Shown here: positions 49,618 through 59,923 of the stretch, one piece after another
Position numbering within the stretch: position 1 is the stretch's first letter
Layout: every line of letters starts with the position of its first letter
DNA from: a virus
Length of the DNA stretch: 64,000 bases
IMG/VR virus record: IMGVR_UViG_3300042449_000993
Location: 32,001 to 96,000 of that record
Reading direction: 5' to 3' (one strand)
The notes under the pieces: generated by a model
What the model saw: only the letters and a program-made list of their open reading frames with translations
Told to the model about the DNA's origin: nothing
Database searches by the model: none
Made by a program: the position numbers and the translations under genes

Positions 49618-50356
49618 ACTATTTGTAATCACCTCTGTAATTGAACCGACTGCAGCACCATTAACATATAGTAATAGTCGCTCATTTTTTACAACGGAAG
49701 AAAGACTTCGGCAAACGTTTTCTACAGTAAATAGTATTCAAAATGCTTTTCCTGATGCAAATATTGTATTGCTAGATGGCTCAAATACAAATTTCTCAGG
49801 ATATTTTGGTTATATCAAAAACTTTAAATATGTCTCATTAAAAGAAATAGACTCTGATGTTTGCGAGATTGTAAATAATCATAAACATAAATCATATTGT
49901 GAATGTCTTATGCTTAAAACATTCTACGAGAAATTTAAAGATTATATTCTTGAGCATGACTATACGTTTAAAGTTAGTGGAAGATATCTTGTTTTTGATA
50001 TGAACAATCATTTGTTTACGGAAGAAAACAAAAACAAAATCTTTTTTAAGAATAAATTGATTCATGAATGGCAAGATTATTGGGGATATAATTACGTTGA
50101 TCGGAGAGAGCAACAACAGAATAATAAGTTGTATCAATACTCTACCGTATTATATGGATTTGGAACTCAACAATTAGATACTTTTATTGAGTTGCATAAT
50201 AAAACGATTGATTTTTTATCTGATTCGAATAATCATCATTTTGATATGGAAACATTATTCTATTTTTATATGAGAGATCATGAAGATAAAATAATCGAAA
50301 CAGATTGGAGAGTTTCGGGATGGCTAGGACCGTGCGGAACATTTGTGTTCTATTGA
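49607..50356 (+). CDS. Hypothetical protein, possibly glycosyltransferase-like
   Basis: LFVITS, ERLRQT..TVNSI, FKVSGRY, DME motifs; overlaps the GT4 stop. Confidence 0.45.
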   Translation: MRSKLFVITSVIEPTAAPLTYSNSRSFFTTEERLRQTFSTVNSIQNAFPDANIVLLDGSNTNFSGYFGYIKNFKYVSLKEIDSDVCEIVNNHKHKSYCECLMLKTFYEKFKDYILEHDYTFKVSGRYLVFDMNNHLFTEENKNKIFFKNKLIHEWQDYWGYNYVDRREQQQNNKLYQYSTVLYGFGTQQLDTFIELHNKTIDFLSDSNNHHFDMETLFYFYMRDHEDKIIETDWRVSGWLGPCGTFVFY

Positions 50357-50365
50357 GGTAATATT

Positions 50366-50914
50366 ATGAAAGTAAATCTTATTATTGTAGACAATTTTTA
50401 TATCAATCCAGATTCGGTTCGAAGTTATGCTCTTTCTCAGCCATTTGGAGTCATCGGAAACTACCCTGGAAAGAGAACTGCTCCTTATTTGGGAGATGAT
50501 GTGAAAAATGCTATCCAATCAATCGTTTATAATGCAGGTGGAAAGGTTACAGATTGGCTAGAAAATAGTGGATATGATGGTGCTTTTCAAATTTGCACAT
50601 CTCAAGATAGAACGTGGATTCATGCTGATACTTACAATACTTGGGCTGGAGTTTGTTATTTAAATCCTGATCCACCACTATCCTCTGGAACGGCACTCTA
50701 TCGCTATAAAGAAACGAAAGAGTATGTAAAAACAAACAATGATTACGACGGATATGATTATACCAAGTGGGAGATGACCGATTATGTCTCTAACAGATAT
50801 AATCGGTTAGTTTTGTATCGCGGTGCGCTATATCACTGCTCTCATCACTATTTCGGCACTAATATTTACGATGGACGCCTATTCCAGACCTTCTTCTTCA
50901 ATACAGAATTTTAA
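50366..50914 (+). CDS. 2OG-Fe(II) oxygenase-like protein (DUF6445-like)
   Basis: IVDNFY.NPD.VR, YPGKRT, WIHAD, WAGVCYL, GTALY, YNRLVLY....YH, RLFQTFF. Confidence 0.75.
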   Translation: MKVNLIIVDNFYINPDSVRSYALSQPFGVIGNYPGKRTAPYLGDDVKNAIQSIVYNAGGKVTDWLENSGYDGAFQICTSQDRTWIHADTYNTWAGVCYLNPDPPLSSGTALYRYKETKEYVKTNNDYDGYDYTKWEMTDYVSNRYNRLVLYRGALYHCSHHYFGTNIYDGRLFQTFFFNTEF

Positions 50915-50927
50915 ATTTGTAGAATCG

Positions 50928-50935
50928 ACTAAATA
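50928..50935 (+). promoter_or_regulatory. Late promoter variant ACTAAATA upstream of gp13
   Basis: Same variant occurs before gp18 (55654) and after the portal gene (59900); GATAAATA before gp19 (57423); CTAAATA at 48568. Confidence 0.55.
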
Positions 50936-50958
50936 TATCGATAGCAGAGAGGTTTCAA

Positions 50959-51720
50959 ATGGCGCAGCCTTCCACACGCACAGAATTAAAAGACTATTGT
51001 CTTCGAAAACTCGGATTCCCAGTTATTGATATTAACGTTGATGACGATCAGCTCGAAGATCGTATTGACGATGCATTACAACAATTTCGAAACTATCATT
51101 TCGACGGAATTGAGAGAACTTGGTTAGCGCACCAGCTAACCGCAGGAGATATTACGAACAAATATGTTCAACTTGCTGACTCTATTATCGGAGTTTCAAA
51201 AGTATTTCCATATACTGGATCTACTCAATCTTCAACATCATCAGCAGGATTTAACATTTTTGATATTAATTATCAGCTTCGTCTTAATGACTTCTACAAT
51301 CTAACATCTTCTTCCTACACTTATTATGTCATTGCTCGCGAGCATCTCTCAATGCTTGATATGATTATTACAGGCGAATATCCATATACTTTTAACAAAG
51401 TAACTGGAAAATTAAATTTTCAAATTGATATGGATAATCGATTTAAACCTGGAAACTACATGGTGTTTGAGTGCCTTAGAGTTGTTGATGCAGAAGCCTA
51501 CAGCAAAGTTTTTAATGATCTTTGGCTCAAAGCATATACAACTCAATTGTTTAAACGTCAATGGGGCGAAAACTTGAAGAAGTATGATAATTACGTTCTT
51601 CCAGGTGGTCTAGTTATAAATGGTCAGAGAATTTGGGACGAAGCATCAATTGAAGTTGAAAAACTCGAAGAAAAACTTCGTGATACTTACGAAGAACCAA
51701 TTCCATTTTTAGTAGGCTAA
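50959..51720 (+). CDS. 13: Neck protein gp13
   Basis: LKDYCLRKLGFPVIDINVDDDQ, YHFDG, KRQWGENL.K, LPGG..ING. Confidence 0.93.
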   Translation: MAQPSTRTELKDYCLRKLGFPVIDINVDDDQLEDRIDDALQQFRNYHFDGIERTWLAHQLTAGDITNKYVQLADSIIGVSKVFPYTGSTQSSTSSAGFNIFDINYQLRLNDFYNLTSSSYTYYVIAREHLSMLDMIITGEYPYTFNKVTGKLNFQIDMDNRFKPGNYMVFECLRVVDAEAYSKVFNDLWLKAYTTQLFKRQWGENLKKYDNYVLPGGLVINGQRIWDEASIEVEKLEEKLRDTYEEPIPFLVG

Positions 51721-51721
51721 A

Positions 51722-52606
51722 ATGGCAACAAGTGTCTATTTTAATAATCAAGATGCAAGAACAGAACAATTTTTGCTTGAAGATTTGATCATTGAATCAA
51801 TTCGAAATCACGGAATAGATGTATATTATATTCCAAGATATTCACAATCTTCTACTGATGAACTATTTGGTGATGATCCCGTTAAAACGTTCACTGGTGC
51901 ATATAAAATGGAAATGTATCTTGAAACGTTTAAAGATTATGAGGGCAACAAAGAATTTTACTCTAAATTTGGTTTAGAAATTCAAGAAACTGCTCGTGTA
52001 TGTGTTGCTCGTAGAACATTTGAAAAGTATGTCACATCAATTGTTGGTTCGCGCGCAAATACACCAAAAGAAGGCGATTTAATTTATCTTCCTGTTCAAT
52101 TTAAATTGATGGAAATTAAATTCGTGGAAGAAGAAAAAAACTTTTTCCAGTTAGGTAAAGACGCTAAAAATCCATACATGTATGGGTTAACAGTTGAGGC
52201 GTTTAAGTATAATGGCGAATTACTTCAAACTGGTGTTGATGCAATTGATCGTATTGCAGATTTACAAGCTGTCACTGTCAATTATACAATGCAAGCTGGT
52301 GGAACAGGAACATATCAAGACTTTGAATGGGCATATCAGGGGTCATCTCTTGCAACAGCCACAGCAAAGGGTGTTGTTGCTTCGTGGGACAAACCAACTC
52401 GTATTTTAGAATTGAGAAATATCAAAGGCTCGTTTACAAACAACGTTGCAATAATTGGCGAATCGAGCGGTGCTTCTTGGATACACACCACTTCTGATCC
52501 AATGCAAAATGGAAATGACACAAGTATGCAAGATAATTATCGCATGGAAACCGAAGCAGACAACATCATTGACTTCTCTGAAGTCAATCCATTTGGTGAA
52601 CCATAA
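51722..52606 (+). CDS. 14: Neck protein gp14
   Basis: LIIESI..HG.DVYYIPR, SKFGLEI, PKEGDLIY, DFSEVNPFG. Confidence 0.92.
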   Translation: MATSVYFNNQDARTEQFLLEDLIIESIRNHGIDVYYIPRYSQSSTDELFGDDPVKTFTGAYKMEMYLETFKDYEGNKEFYSKFGLEIQETARVCVARRTFEKYVTSIVGSRANTPKEGDLIYLPVQFKLMEIKFVEEEKNFFQLGKDAKNPYMYGLTVEAFKYNGELLQTGVDAIDRIADLQAVTVNYTMQAGGTGTYQDFEWAYQGSSLATATAKGVVASWDKPTRILELRNIKGSFTNNVAIIGESSGASWIHTTSDPMQNGNDTSMQDNYRMETEADNIIDFSEVNPFGEP

Positions 52607-53613
52607 TGTTTTCAAACGTTCATTTTTATCATCGTATTACTCGAAAAATGGTTGTGGCATTCGGCACACTTTTTAATAATATTCGTTTGGTGCGCTATAA
52701 TAAAGCAGGCACAACTGAGATTGAAAGAATTGTTGTGCCACTACAATATGCCCAAAAAGAAAAGTTTTATCAACGCATCACACAAGATCCTGAATTAACA
52801 AAAGAAGTTCAAATGACTCTCCCAAGAATGAGTTTTGAACTAACTGCAATTACATATGATCCAAGTAGAAAACGAAATTTATTTTCTGAAAGTTTTTCTG
52901 CTGAGTCAAACACAACAGTTAAGATTGTACGAACAACACCATATAATTTTGAATTTACTTTATACATATATGTTCGTAATACAGAAGATGGAACGCAAAT
53001 TGTTGAGCAAATTCTTCCATACTTTAATCCCGATTATAATTTAACACTAGACATGGTTGGTCTTGCAGATCAAAAAGTTGATGTGCCATTCATTCTTCAA
53101 AATATCAATTACAACGTTGAAGATATTGGAGACGGAGAAACAACACGTGTTCTTGTATGGAGTTTAACATTTACTGCTAAAGGTTATATGTTTGGTCCAA
53201 TTACATCTGCAAATGTTATTCGCAAAGTTACTGCAAATACATACAATATGGTCACAGCAGATACTCAAGAATCTCAGCGTTTGCTGTATACTGCGAACAC
53301 TGGCTTTGGAACATTTAAAATTGGTGAGTTGGTATATCAAGGTGAGAGTTTATCAGCAGCAAACTCAACTGCATTTGTTGATGCTTGGGATCCAACATCA
53401 TATAGATTAGTTGTCTCTGATGTTGCAGGAGTTTTGAAAGTTGGTCAAAATATAACTGGTGCAATTTCTAATGCATCGTATAATTTAACTTCATTTGGAG
53501 TAAATGATTATCAACTATTTAAACTTCAAATTACTCCAGATCCAACAACAGCAAATGCTCAAACTGCATTTGGGTTTGACGAAATTATTCAATATGCACC
53601 AAATATAACATGA
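52606..53613 (+). CDS. 15: Tail sheath stabilizer / terminator gp15 with C-terminal extra domain
   Basis: VVAFGTLFNNI, VPLQYA.KEKF, LPRMSFE, QIVEQILPYF.P. Confidence 0.92.
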   Translation: MFSNVHFYHRITRKMVVAFGTLFNNIRLVRYNKAGTTEIERIVVPLQYAQKEKFYQRITQDPELTKEVQMTLPRMSFELTAITYDPSRKRNLFSESFSAESNTTVKIVRTTPYNFEFTLYIYVRNTEDGTQIVEQILPYFNPDYNLTLDMVGLADQKVDVPFILQNINYNVEDIGDGETTRVLVWSLTFTAKGYMFGPITSANVIRKVTANTYNMVTADTQESQRLLYTANTGFGTFKIGELVYQGESLSAANSTAFVDAWDPTSYRLVVSDVAGVLKVGQNITGAISNASYNLTSFGVNDYQLFKLQITPDPTTANAQTAFGFDEIIQYAPNIT

Positions 53614-54026
53614 GTAAAATTGATCATAATTTATCTGAAGTTTTAAACACTGATTATATCCCCGTAATAGCTGAGGAACATAAAAGTGTTACTATTCATG
53701 AGCCAGACAGATCAGCTGATAATCCTGACGCTGACTATTCTCGGGCTAATTATTACAATCTTATCGAAAAGGGTAATGAGGCTTTGGACGGCATTCTTGA
53801 AGTGGCGAAAGAATCGCAGCACCCAAGAGCGTATGAAGTAGCAGCAAACATGATCAAAAATCTCTCTGACGTTACAGAGAAATTGATGATTCTACAAAAG
53901 CAGCAACAAGAACTTCAACCAAAAGAATCAGCAGCATCAACTAATATCAATGTAGACAAAGCAGTGTTCGTTGGCAGCACCGCTGAGTTATTGCGACAAT
54001 TAAAGAATGAATCAAATAGCGGCTAA
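53610..54026 (+). CDS. 16: Terminase small subunit gp16
   Basis: DYSRANYY.LI.KG, HPRAYEV, VFVGSTAEL. Confidence 0.92.
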   Translation: MSKIDHNLSEVLNTDYIPVIAEEHKSVTIHEPDRSADNPDADYSRANYYNLIEKGNEALDGILEVAKESQHPRAYEVAANMIKNLSDVTEKLMILQKQQQELQPKESAASTNINVDKAVFVGSTAELLRQLKNESNSG

Positions 54027-55641
54027 ACTGAAGCATTATCTTGGCAATCCCAAGCTGAAGCGAGTTAACATGGCGATGAATCTTACGGAGGATCAAATCC
54101 GTGAGTTCGTCAAATGCGCTCAAGATCCAACATACTTTATCGAAAACTATGTTAAGATCATTACACTTGATAAAGGTTTCGTTCAGATTGAACTTTATCC
54201 GTTTCAAAAACAAGTTGTTACTGATATTAACGAAAATCGTCGCGTGATTGTAAAGGCAGGTCGTCAGGTTGGTAAGACGACGATCATTGTAGGTTATATC
54301 CTTTGGTACATTCTATTCAATCAAGATAAAACTGTTGCGATTCTTGCGAACAAAGCCAGTACGTCAAGAGAAATTCTTGCTCGCATTAAACTCGCATATG
54401 AAGCATTGCCAATGTGGATTCAGCAAGGTGTGAAGGTTTGGAACAAAGGTGACATTGAACTTGAAAATGGATGTCGTGTGATTGCTAATTCAACTGCCTC
54501 TAGCGCAATTCGTGGTTTTTCTATTTCGCTTCTATACCTTGACGAATTTGCATTCGTTCCAAGTAATATTGCCGAAGAATTTTTTACATCTGTTTATCCA
54601 ACGATTTCTTCTGGTACGACTTCGAAGATTTTAATTTCTTCAACGCCAAATGGCATGAATCACTTTTATAAAATGTGGACCGAAGCCGTTGAAGGTCAAA
54701 ATGGATTTACACACTGTGAAGCGAACTGGCGTCAAGTTCCAGGGAGAACTCAACAATGGGCAGATGAACAACGTCGCGTTCTTGGTGAACAAAAGTTTCT
54801 TCAGGAAATGGAATGCGAATTTATGGGTTCATCAGGAACTCTACTTTCAGCCGCTGCACTTAAATCTCTTGCGTTCGTGAAACCATTACATCTAACTGAA
54901 AATGGAATTAAGATTTATCAAGCACCGATCCCTCAGCATAATTATATGATAGTTGCAGACACCTCTCGCGGAAAAGGATTGGACTATTCCGCATTTAGTG
55001 TTATAGATGTTACAAGTATTCCTTATCGTCAGGTTTGTACATATAAAGATAATAATATAAGCCCTCTTGTGTATCCATCAATCATTAAACGCATGGGCGA
55101 TTACTATAATCAGGCTTATGTTCTTGTTGAAATTAATGACAATGGGCAGCAGGTAGTTGATTCTTTATTCGAAGATTATGAATATGAAAATATTCTTTCG
55201 ACCGTTGATATAAAGGGGAAAACTGCAGTTACATGGGGCTATGGAAATAAATCATATCGTGGAATTCGAACGACGAAATCTGTCAAACGTTTGGGTTGCT
55301 CATTGATGAAAAACTTGATTGAGGGTGAGAAACTCATTGTTCAAGATTTCGAAACAATCTCAGAGCTCTCAACTTTTATTTCGAAAGGAACGAGTTTTGA
55401 ATCGGAAGAAGGAAGTCATGACGATTTAGTGATGACTCTTGTTCTCTTTTCATGGATGACGAATCAACAATTTTTTGCTGACATGACGAATACTGACATA
55501 CGACTTCGACTTCATGAAGAACAAATGAAACAGATCGAAGAGGAGTCTCTGCCCACATTTTTGGCTGGACATGTTGATGTCGACGAGGGTGATAACAGAT
55601 TTGTCTCAGATGGATCAGTTTGGGATGTCGTAAATCGTTAA
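54007..55641 (+). CDS. 17: Terminase large subunit gp17
   Basis: Walker A GRQVGKTT, Walker B LLYLDEFAFV, STPNG, ADTSRG.GLDYS, HDDLVM. Confidence 0.97.
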   Translation: MNQIAAKLKHYLGNPKLKRVNMAMNLTEDQIREFVKCAQDPTYFIENYVKIITLDKGFVQIELYPFQKQVVTDINENRRVIVKAGRQVGKTTIIVGYILWYILFNQDKTVAILANKASTSREILARIKLAYEALPMWIQQGVKVWNKGDIELENGCRVIANSTASSAIRGFSISLLYLDEFAFVPSNIAEEFFTSVYPTISSGTTSKILISSTPNGMNHFYKMWTEAVEGQNGFTHCEANWRQVPGRTQQWADEQRRVLGEQKFLQEMECEFMGSSGTLLSAAALKSLAFVKPLHLTENGIKIYQAPIPQHNYMIVADTSRGKGLDYSAFSVIDVTSIPYRQVCTYKDNNISPLVYPSIIKRMGDYYNQAYVLVEINDNGQQVVDSLFEDYEYENILSTVDIKGKTAVTWGYGNKSYRGIRTTKSVKRLGCSLMKNLIEGEKLIVQDFETISELSTFISKGTSFESEEGSHDDLVMTLVLFSWMTNQQFFADMTNTDIRLRLHEEQMKQIEEESLPTFLAGHVDVDEGDNRFVSDGSVWDVVNR

Positions 55642-55703
55642 AATCCTCCTTTTACTAAATATTCAGTAGATTTCTTAATTCTCCATTCATAGGAGCATAA
55701 AAC

Positions 55704-57413
55704 ATGGCTTTTCAAGTATCTCCTGGTGTTGTTACATCTGAAGTTGATTTAACAACAGTCGTTCCAGCGGTTGCAACAACGACTGGTGCGTTTTGCGGTA
55801 ATTTTAATTGGGGTCCAGCCGAAATTGCAATTGCAGTTTCCGACGAAAACAAACTGGTTGAGTTTTTCGGCAAACCAGACAATAATACAGCAGTTTCATT
55901 CTATACAGCTGCAAATTTCTTGTCATATGGCAGTGACCTTCGCGTAGTTCGTGCAGTTAATGGAATAAACACTAATACTGCAGTTTCGAACTCAAGTTCA
56001 AATGTTCTCATCAAGAACGATGAAACATACTTCAACACCTACTACAACTCAAACAGTGCAACAGTTGGTGCATGGGCTGCACGTTATGCTGGCGCAAGGG
56101 GAAACTCTCTAAAGATTTCTGTTTGGGCAAATACAAATACATCACTATTCTCTGCTTGGGCATATGCTCCATATTTCTCAAGTGCTCCAGGAACATCTAC
56201 TTACGCTTCAAGTGTCGGTGGTTCAAACGACGAACTTCACGTTATCGTTGTTGACGAAGATGGATTGTTTACAGGAACTCAAAATACGGTTCTTGAAGTT
56301 TATCCATTCCTATCAAAAGCATCTGATGCCAAGGATAGCGTTGGTAACTCAAACTACTATCGCGACGTAATCTATCGTCAATCAAAATACGTCCACTGGA
56401 CAGATCACCCAGATACTGTAAACACTTCAGCAACATGGGGTAAGAGTGCAACCAACAGAGCATTTAGCGATCTAGTCAATGTTACTGGTCTACACACAAT
56501 ATCTCTTGTGAACGGTACTGATGGTTATCCAGTTGCTGGAAACGTTCAAACAGGATATTCTAAGTTTGTGAATCCTGAAGAAATTGATGTATCATTAATT
56601 CTAACAGGCGATCACTCACCTGCAACGGTTCTCTACGCAATTCAAACTGTCGCTGAAGCAAGAAAAGACGCAGTAGCATTCGTTTCACCAACACTCGCTA
56701 ACTGCCAATCAACAACAGCAACAGACGATATCGTAAATTATCGTAAGAATGCTCTTGCAAATGTCAGCTCTTCATACGCAGTGATGGATAGTGGTTGGAA
56801 GTATCAATACGACAAGTACAACGATGTTTATCGTTGGATTCCATTGAACGGTGATATTGGTGGTATTTGCGCAAGAACTGACGCTGTTCGTGACCCATGG
56901 TTCTCACCAGCAGGATCTGCTCGTGGTCAAGTCAAGAATATCGTAAAACTTGCTTACTATCCAACTTCAACACAACGCGACACTCTTTATAAGAATGCGA
57001 TCAACCCAGTTGTAAGTTTCCCAGGAGAAGGAACGATTCTCTTCGGCGATAAGACAATGCTTGGTAAGCCAAGTGCTTTTGATCGTATTAATGTTCGTCG
57101 CTTGTTTATTGTTCTAGAAAAAGCAATTGCGATCGCTGCACGTTCAAGCCTCTTCGAATTCAATGATGAATTTACAAGAGCACAGTTTGTCTCGCTTGTT
57201 GAGCCATTCTTGAGAACGGTTAAGGGTCGTCGCGGTATCTTTGATTATCGCGTGGTTTGCGACACAACGAACAATACTCCAGAAGTCATTGACCGTAATG
57301 AGTTTATTGGAGATATCTACGTTAAACCAGCTAGAAGCATTAACTTTATCCAGTTGAACTTTGTCGCTGTAAGAACTGGCGTAGCCTTCGAGGAAATCGT
57401 TGGTAGAGCCTAA
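55704..57413 (+). CDS. 18: Tail sheath protein gp18
   Basis: QVSPGV, F.WGP, WFSPAG, FDRINVRRLF, KPARSINFI.LNF. Confidence 0.97.
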   Translation: MAFQVSPGVVTSEVDLTTVVPAVATTTGAFCGNFNWGPAEIAIAVSDENKLVEFFGKPDNNTAVSFYTAANFLSYGSDLRVVRAVNGINTNTAVSNSSSNVLIKNDETYFNTYYNSNSATVGAWAARYAGARGNSLKISVWANTNTSLFSAWAYAPYFSSAPGTSTYASSVGGSNDELHVIVVDEDGLFTGTQNTVLEVYPFLSKASDAKDSVGNSNYYRDVIYRQSKYVHWTDHPDTVNTSATWGKSATNRAFSDLVNVTGLHTISLVNGTDGYPVAGNVQTGYSKFVNPEEIDVSLILTGDHSPATVLYAIQTVAEARKDAVAFVSPTLANCQSTTATDDIVNYRKNALANVSSSYAVMDSGWKYQYDKYNDVYRWIPLNGDIGGICARTDAVRDPWFSPAGSARGQVKNIVKLAYYPTSTQRDTLYKNAINPVVSFPGEGTILFGDKTMLGKPSAFDRINVRRLFIVLEKAIAIAARSSLFEFNDEFTRAQFVSLVEPFLRTVKGRRGIFDYRVVCDTTNNTPEVIDRNEFIGDIYVKPARSINFIQLNFVAVRTGVAFEEIVGRA

Positions 57414-57455
57414 TCTAACGAAGATAAATAGATAAAGTTTCAGGAGAAATAAACA

Positions 57456-57965
57456 ATGCCATTTAATATTTCAGAATTTACTTCTACATTTACTGGTGAT
57501 GGCGCACGTCCTAATCTGTTTGAGGTTCAAATCAACAGATTAGGACCAAACTTTAACTTCTTGTGTAAAGCAGCGCAGTTGCCAGGTTCAACAGTTGGAC
57601 TCGTTGAAGTTCCATACTTTGGACGTAATGTGAAATATGCTGGTAACAGAACATTTGCTGATTGGACTGTAACGATCCTCAATGATGAAGACTTTGCAAT
57701 TCGCAATGCTCTTGAGTTGTTGATGCAAGATATTAACAGTCACGAAGATAACTTGGCTGCTGTTCTAGCAGACGGTTATCAATTCGACGCGCTTGTGACT
57801 CAATATTCAAAAGTTGGTGCAATTATTAAAGAATATCAATTTAGAGGAATGTTCCCAATTGATATTTCACCAATTGAATTGGATTGGGGCGCAAACGACA
57901 CGATTGAAGAGTACCAAGTTACATTTGCATACCAGTACTGGACTTCAGCAAGCAGCGCAACCTAA
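57456..57965 (+). CDS. 19: Tail tube protein gp19
   Basis: GARPNLFEV, LPGSTVG, AGNRTFADW, IEEYQVTFAYQYW. Confidence 0.95.
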   Translation: MPFNISEFTSTFTGDGARPNLFEVQINRLGPNFNFLCKAAQLPGSTVGLVEVPYFGRNVKYAGNRTFADWTVTILNDEDFAIRNALELLMQDINSHEDNLAAVLADGYQFDALVTQYSKVGAIIKEYQFRGMFPIDISPIELDWGANDTIEEYQVTFAYQYWTSASSAT

Positions 57966-57977
57966 TAGGAGGTCGCT

Positions 57978-58286
57978 ATGAGTTTCTTTAAGAGTCTTGT
58001 ACGTCGTGTAAAGCGTACTGTAAAAGCACAAGTAACATCACAAGTTACTGGGTTTGTTGGAAGAGCAGCATCTAGTGTTACCAGTGCAGCAACATCTAGA
58101 GTGACGGGTGCTGTGAATTCTAGAATTGGCGGCACAATCAACACTTTGAAAGATAGAGTTACTGCTGCTGGCGTAGCATCTAGAAGATCTGGACTAAATC
58201 CATTTGCAAATGCTGCTGCTAATCGTGTTGCCAAAGGCGCAATTGCTCGAGCAAAAGGTGAAAAAATTGTTGATCCATTCGGTTAA
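57978..58286 (+). CDS. Hypothetical basic Ala/Arg/Ser/Val-rich protein
   Basis: 102-aa ORF with a strong AGGAGG RBS, between gp19 and gp20. Confidence 0.6.
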   Translation: MSFFKSLVRRVKRTVKAQVTSQVTGFVGRAASSVTSAATSRVTGAVNSRIGGTINTLKDRVTAAGVASRRSGLNPFANAAANRVAKGAIARAKGEKIVDPFG

Positions 58287-58318
58287 CAATTAATTTTTAT
58301 TATGATGGGTAAAAAAAT

Positions 58319-59908
58319 ATGGCAATAAATCTTTTCGGCTTCGAAATTCTTCGCAAAAAACCTGAGGTTGAACTTCAGCCTCAGGTTGCTGCACCTATAA
58401 ACGACGATGGTGCAATTACTGTCACCTCTGGCGGTTATTTTGGCACATATCTTGATCTAGAAGCCAGTTTCAAAAACGAAAATGATCTTATCTCTCGTTA
58501 TCGTGAAATGTCGATGCAGCCAGAACTGGAATCAGCAATTGACGATATTGTGAATGAAGCAATCGTCCACGACGTTACTGGTAAATCTGTGACAATTCTT
58601 TTAGATGATCTCGAACAACCAGACAATATTAAAGAAATGATTCGCGATGAATTTCAAAATGTTCTTCGCATGTTAGACTTCTCAAACTCTGGATCAGATA
58701 TTTTCCGTAATTGGTACATTGATGGTCGTTTATTCTATCAAGTATTGATTGACGAAAAGCAACCAAAACTTGGCATTCAAGAAATTCTCTATCTTGACCC
58801 ACGTAAGATTCGCAAAGTTCGTAGTATTATTCGTAAAAAAGATCCACGCACAGGAGTTGAAGTAACTGCTGGCGTTCAAGAGTTTTACGTCTACAATGAA
58901 AAAGCGATGAATCAGGGTCAAACATTGATCACATCACCAACTGATTCAGGATTAAAAATTGCAACTGATGCAATTGTAAATGTCAATTCTGGATTGATGG
59001 ATCCAAAAAGATCACTCGTATTATCGTACCTTCACAAAGCGATAAAGCCCCTCAACCAGCTCCGAATGGTTGAGGATGCTGTTGTGATCTATCGTTTGTC
59101 ACGTGCACCAGAACGTCGTGTGTTCTATATTGACGTTGGTAACATGCCAAAAGTTAAATCAGAACAATATCTTCGTGACATTATGACCAAGTTTAGAAAC
59201 AAGGTTGTTTATGATTCTGCCACAGGCGAAATCAAAGATGATCGTAAGTTTATGTCAATGATGGAAGACTTTTGGATTCCGCGTCGCGGCGAAGGCAAGT
59301 CAACGGAAATTACAACGTTGCCAGCAGGACAAAATCTTGGTGAGTTGTCTGATGTAAATTATTTTGAAAAGAAACTGTACAAAGCATTGAATGTTCCAGT
59401 TTCTCGTCTTGAATCACAAACAGGATTCACACTCGGTCGTTCAACAGAAATCACACGCGATGAATTAAAATTCAGTAAGTTTATTGATAGATTGAGAGCG
59501 AAGTTTTCAGTACTATTCGATGAACTTATGCAACGTCAACTTGCTCTCAAGGGAATCTGTTCTGTTGATGAATGGCAAGAATTAAAAGAAAAGATTCACT
59601 ATGACTTCCTTAAAGATAATAACTTTATGGAACTTAAAGAAGCAGAATTGATGGCTTCTCGATTGCAACTTATGCAACAAATTGATCCATACGTTGGAGT
59701 TTATTTCTCGAAAGCGTGGGTCAAGAAGCATGTTCTTCATTTCGATGAAGAAGGTATTGAGCGTATGGATAAAGAATTGTCAGATGAGCAAGCGGGTATT
59801 GAAGCAAGCGAAAATGCACAACCAACTCCAATGACTCAAGGTCAAGAAGTTGCACAAGCCCAAGCAAATGATATTAATTCTGTATTTAACGCACAAATTA
59901 CTAAATAA
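58319..59908 (+). CDS. 20: Portal protein gp20
   Basis: WYIDGR, LHKAIKPLNQLRMVEDAVVIYRLSRAPERRVFYIDVGN, EDFWIPRR. Confidence 0.97.
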   Translation: MAINLFGFEILRKKPEVELQPQVAAPINDDGAITVTSGGYFGTYLDLEASFKNENDLISRYREMSMQPELESAIDDIVNEAIVHDVTGKSVTILLDDLEQPDNIKEMIRDEFQNVLRMLDFSNSGSDIFRNWYIDGRLFYQVLIDEKQPKLGIQEILYLDPRKIRKVRSIIRKKDPRTGVEVTAGVQEFYVYNEKAMNQGQTLITSPTDSGLKIATDAIVNVNSGLMDPKRSLVLSYLHKAIKPLNQLRMVEDAVVIYRLSRAPERRVFYIDVGNMPKVKSEQYLRDIMTKFRNKVVYDSATGEIKDDRKFMSMMEDFWIPRRGEGKSTEITTLPAGQNLGELSDVNYFEKKLYKALNVPVSRLESQTGFTLGRSTEITRDELKFSKFIDRLRAKFSVLFDELMQRQLALKGICSVDEWQELKEKIHYDFLKDNNFMELKEAELMASRLQLMQQIDPYVGVYFSKAWVKKHVLHFDEEGIERMDKELSDEQAGIEASENAQPTPMTQGQEVAQAQANDINSVFNAQITK

Positions 59909-59923
59909 TAATTGGAGAAAATT

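Noticed and set aside
54007-59908. Introns or inteins in terminase, sheath or portal genes
   Set aside because: ORFs are continuous, of ordinary length, and show no splicing motifs
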